A program made the translations under genes and the position numbers. From assembly GCA_973895155.1 (NCBI GenBank), contig OZ316897.1, positions 9,633,832 to 9,697,831 on the forward strand: 64,000 nt of DNA, written 5' to 3'. This DNA is from Marsupella aquatica (lineage: Eukaryota; Plantae; Marchantiophyta). Position 1 is the first letter of the stretch. Each line of letters begins with the position of its first letter. The notes under the pieces are model-generated. The model was given only the letters and a program-made list of their open reading frames with translations. It did not search any database and had not been told where the DNA came from. Positions 63,151-64,000 of this stretch are shown here, one piece after another.

Positions 63151-64000
63151 ACGCACAACACACAGTTTTGTAGAGTAGAGAGTTCGTCACCGTCCGTTTC
63201 ACAATTCGTTCTTCCTTCATTCCTTCCTTCCTTCCTTGCGCATCTGTTGTTGTGTTGTTCTCGAGCGAAGCTCTTCCTCAATCCTCACACATTGCGACGA
63301 TATGCGCTCTCCCTCACCACGACGAGAACAGAACAATACCTAAAACGCGCGAGGCTACAGTTCGTTGTGTCCTTCTTTCGGGCAAGCTCGCGAAGTTTTG
63401 TGAATCGACATCGCAACTGCACTGGTTGTCCGAGGCAGCACTCCGCGGTACGGTTCCCGATCACTCGCATGACTGCCTGCGCTCCTTATTATGTGGTTTT
63501 CGCTTGCTCTCCTCGTTTTTCTTGCGGCGTTTTTTTTGTTTTTTCTTTGTTTAGAGTTTTTTTTGTCGATTGAGTGTCGATACTCTTGCTCCGCGCCAGC
63601 GCTCCGCGATGTACGTGTTTTCTGACCACCCATTTCTTGCGCTTGTTTTTATGGGCTTTTCTCTTGCCCTCGACGTCGTTCCTCGTTTTTCTGCTGGCGT
63701 ATGTCTATTTTGTGAATTTTTTTATTAGGTGTTTGTCGTCCCCTGCGTTTTTCAACCTTTCCCCAGTCGATTGTCAATTGTGTCGTTCAGAGTCTGGAAC
63801 GCTTATTTTCGGTTGGTTGGCGATTGCGCATCGTCTGCCTTTCGATTATGTAACAGTCTGTGGACGGTTTTTGGAAAATTTGTGTCCGTTATGGAAAATG
63901 GGATCAGTTGTTTCCCTACGTCCTTGGCAGCGCCTTCCGTTCTCACATGTATGAAATTGGTTGGCAGGAAGAACCAATGTTGTTTTCCTGCTTAGTTTGC

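Noticed and set aside
63097-63995. Overlapping 60-158-aa ORFs at the window end
   Set aside because: Low-complexity Phe/Arg/Ser-rich translations without motifs; more likely UTR or intron sequence.

Overview
Intron-rich land-plant nuclear DNA, probably from a non-seed plant (inferred from its TE types). The first 18.3 kb holds two host genes in divergent orientation: an apparently intact 18-exon oxidosqualene cyclase (minus, 2055-8953) with non-cycloartenol-synthase active-site residues, and a divergent LHT-type amino-acid transporter (plus, about 15.0-18.3 kb). Most of the remainder is one 38.2-kb CACTA/EnSpm transposon (19753-57944, 29-bp TIRs, ATG target-site duplication). It has a 5'-truncated TnpD, a TnpA-like gene and unusual cargo: a TET/JBP-like Fe(II)/2OG dioxygenase whose HxD motif lies in a shifted frame, a BRCT-like ORF and a twice-present unknown domain. 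Nested in it is a 9.5-kb Ty3/gypsy element (31947-41492) encoding Gag-PR-cytosine-5 DNA methyltransferase and RT-RNaseH-integrase-PHD. That element has split direct repeats (A...B-A-B) instead of two LTRs, a Tf1-like self-priming signal, and an antisense array of 5S rRNA internal-control-region copies in its 5' leader. A ~270-bp tandem array lies near the right end. All calls were made by eye from motifs; no database search was run.
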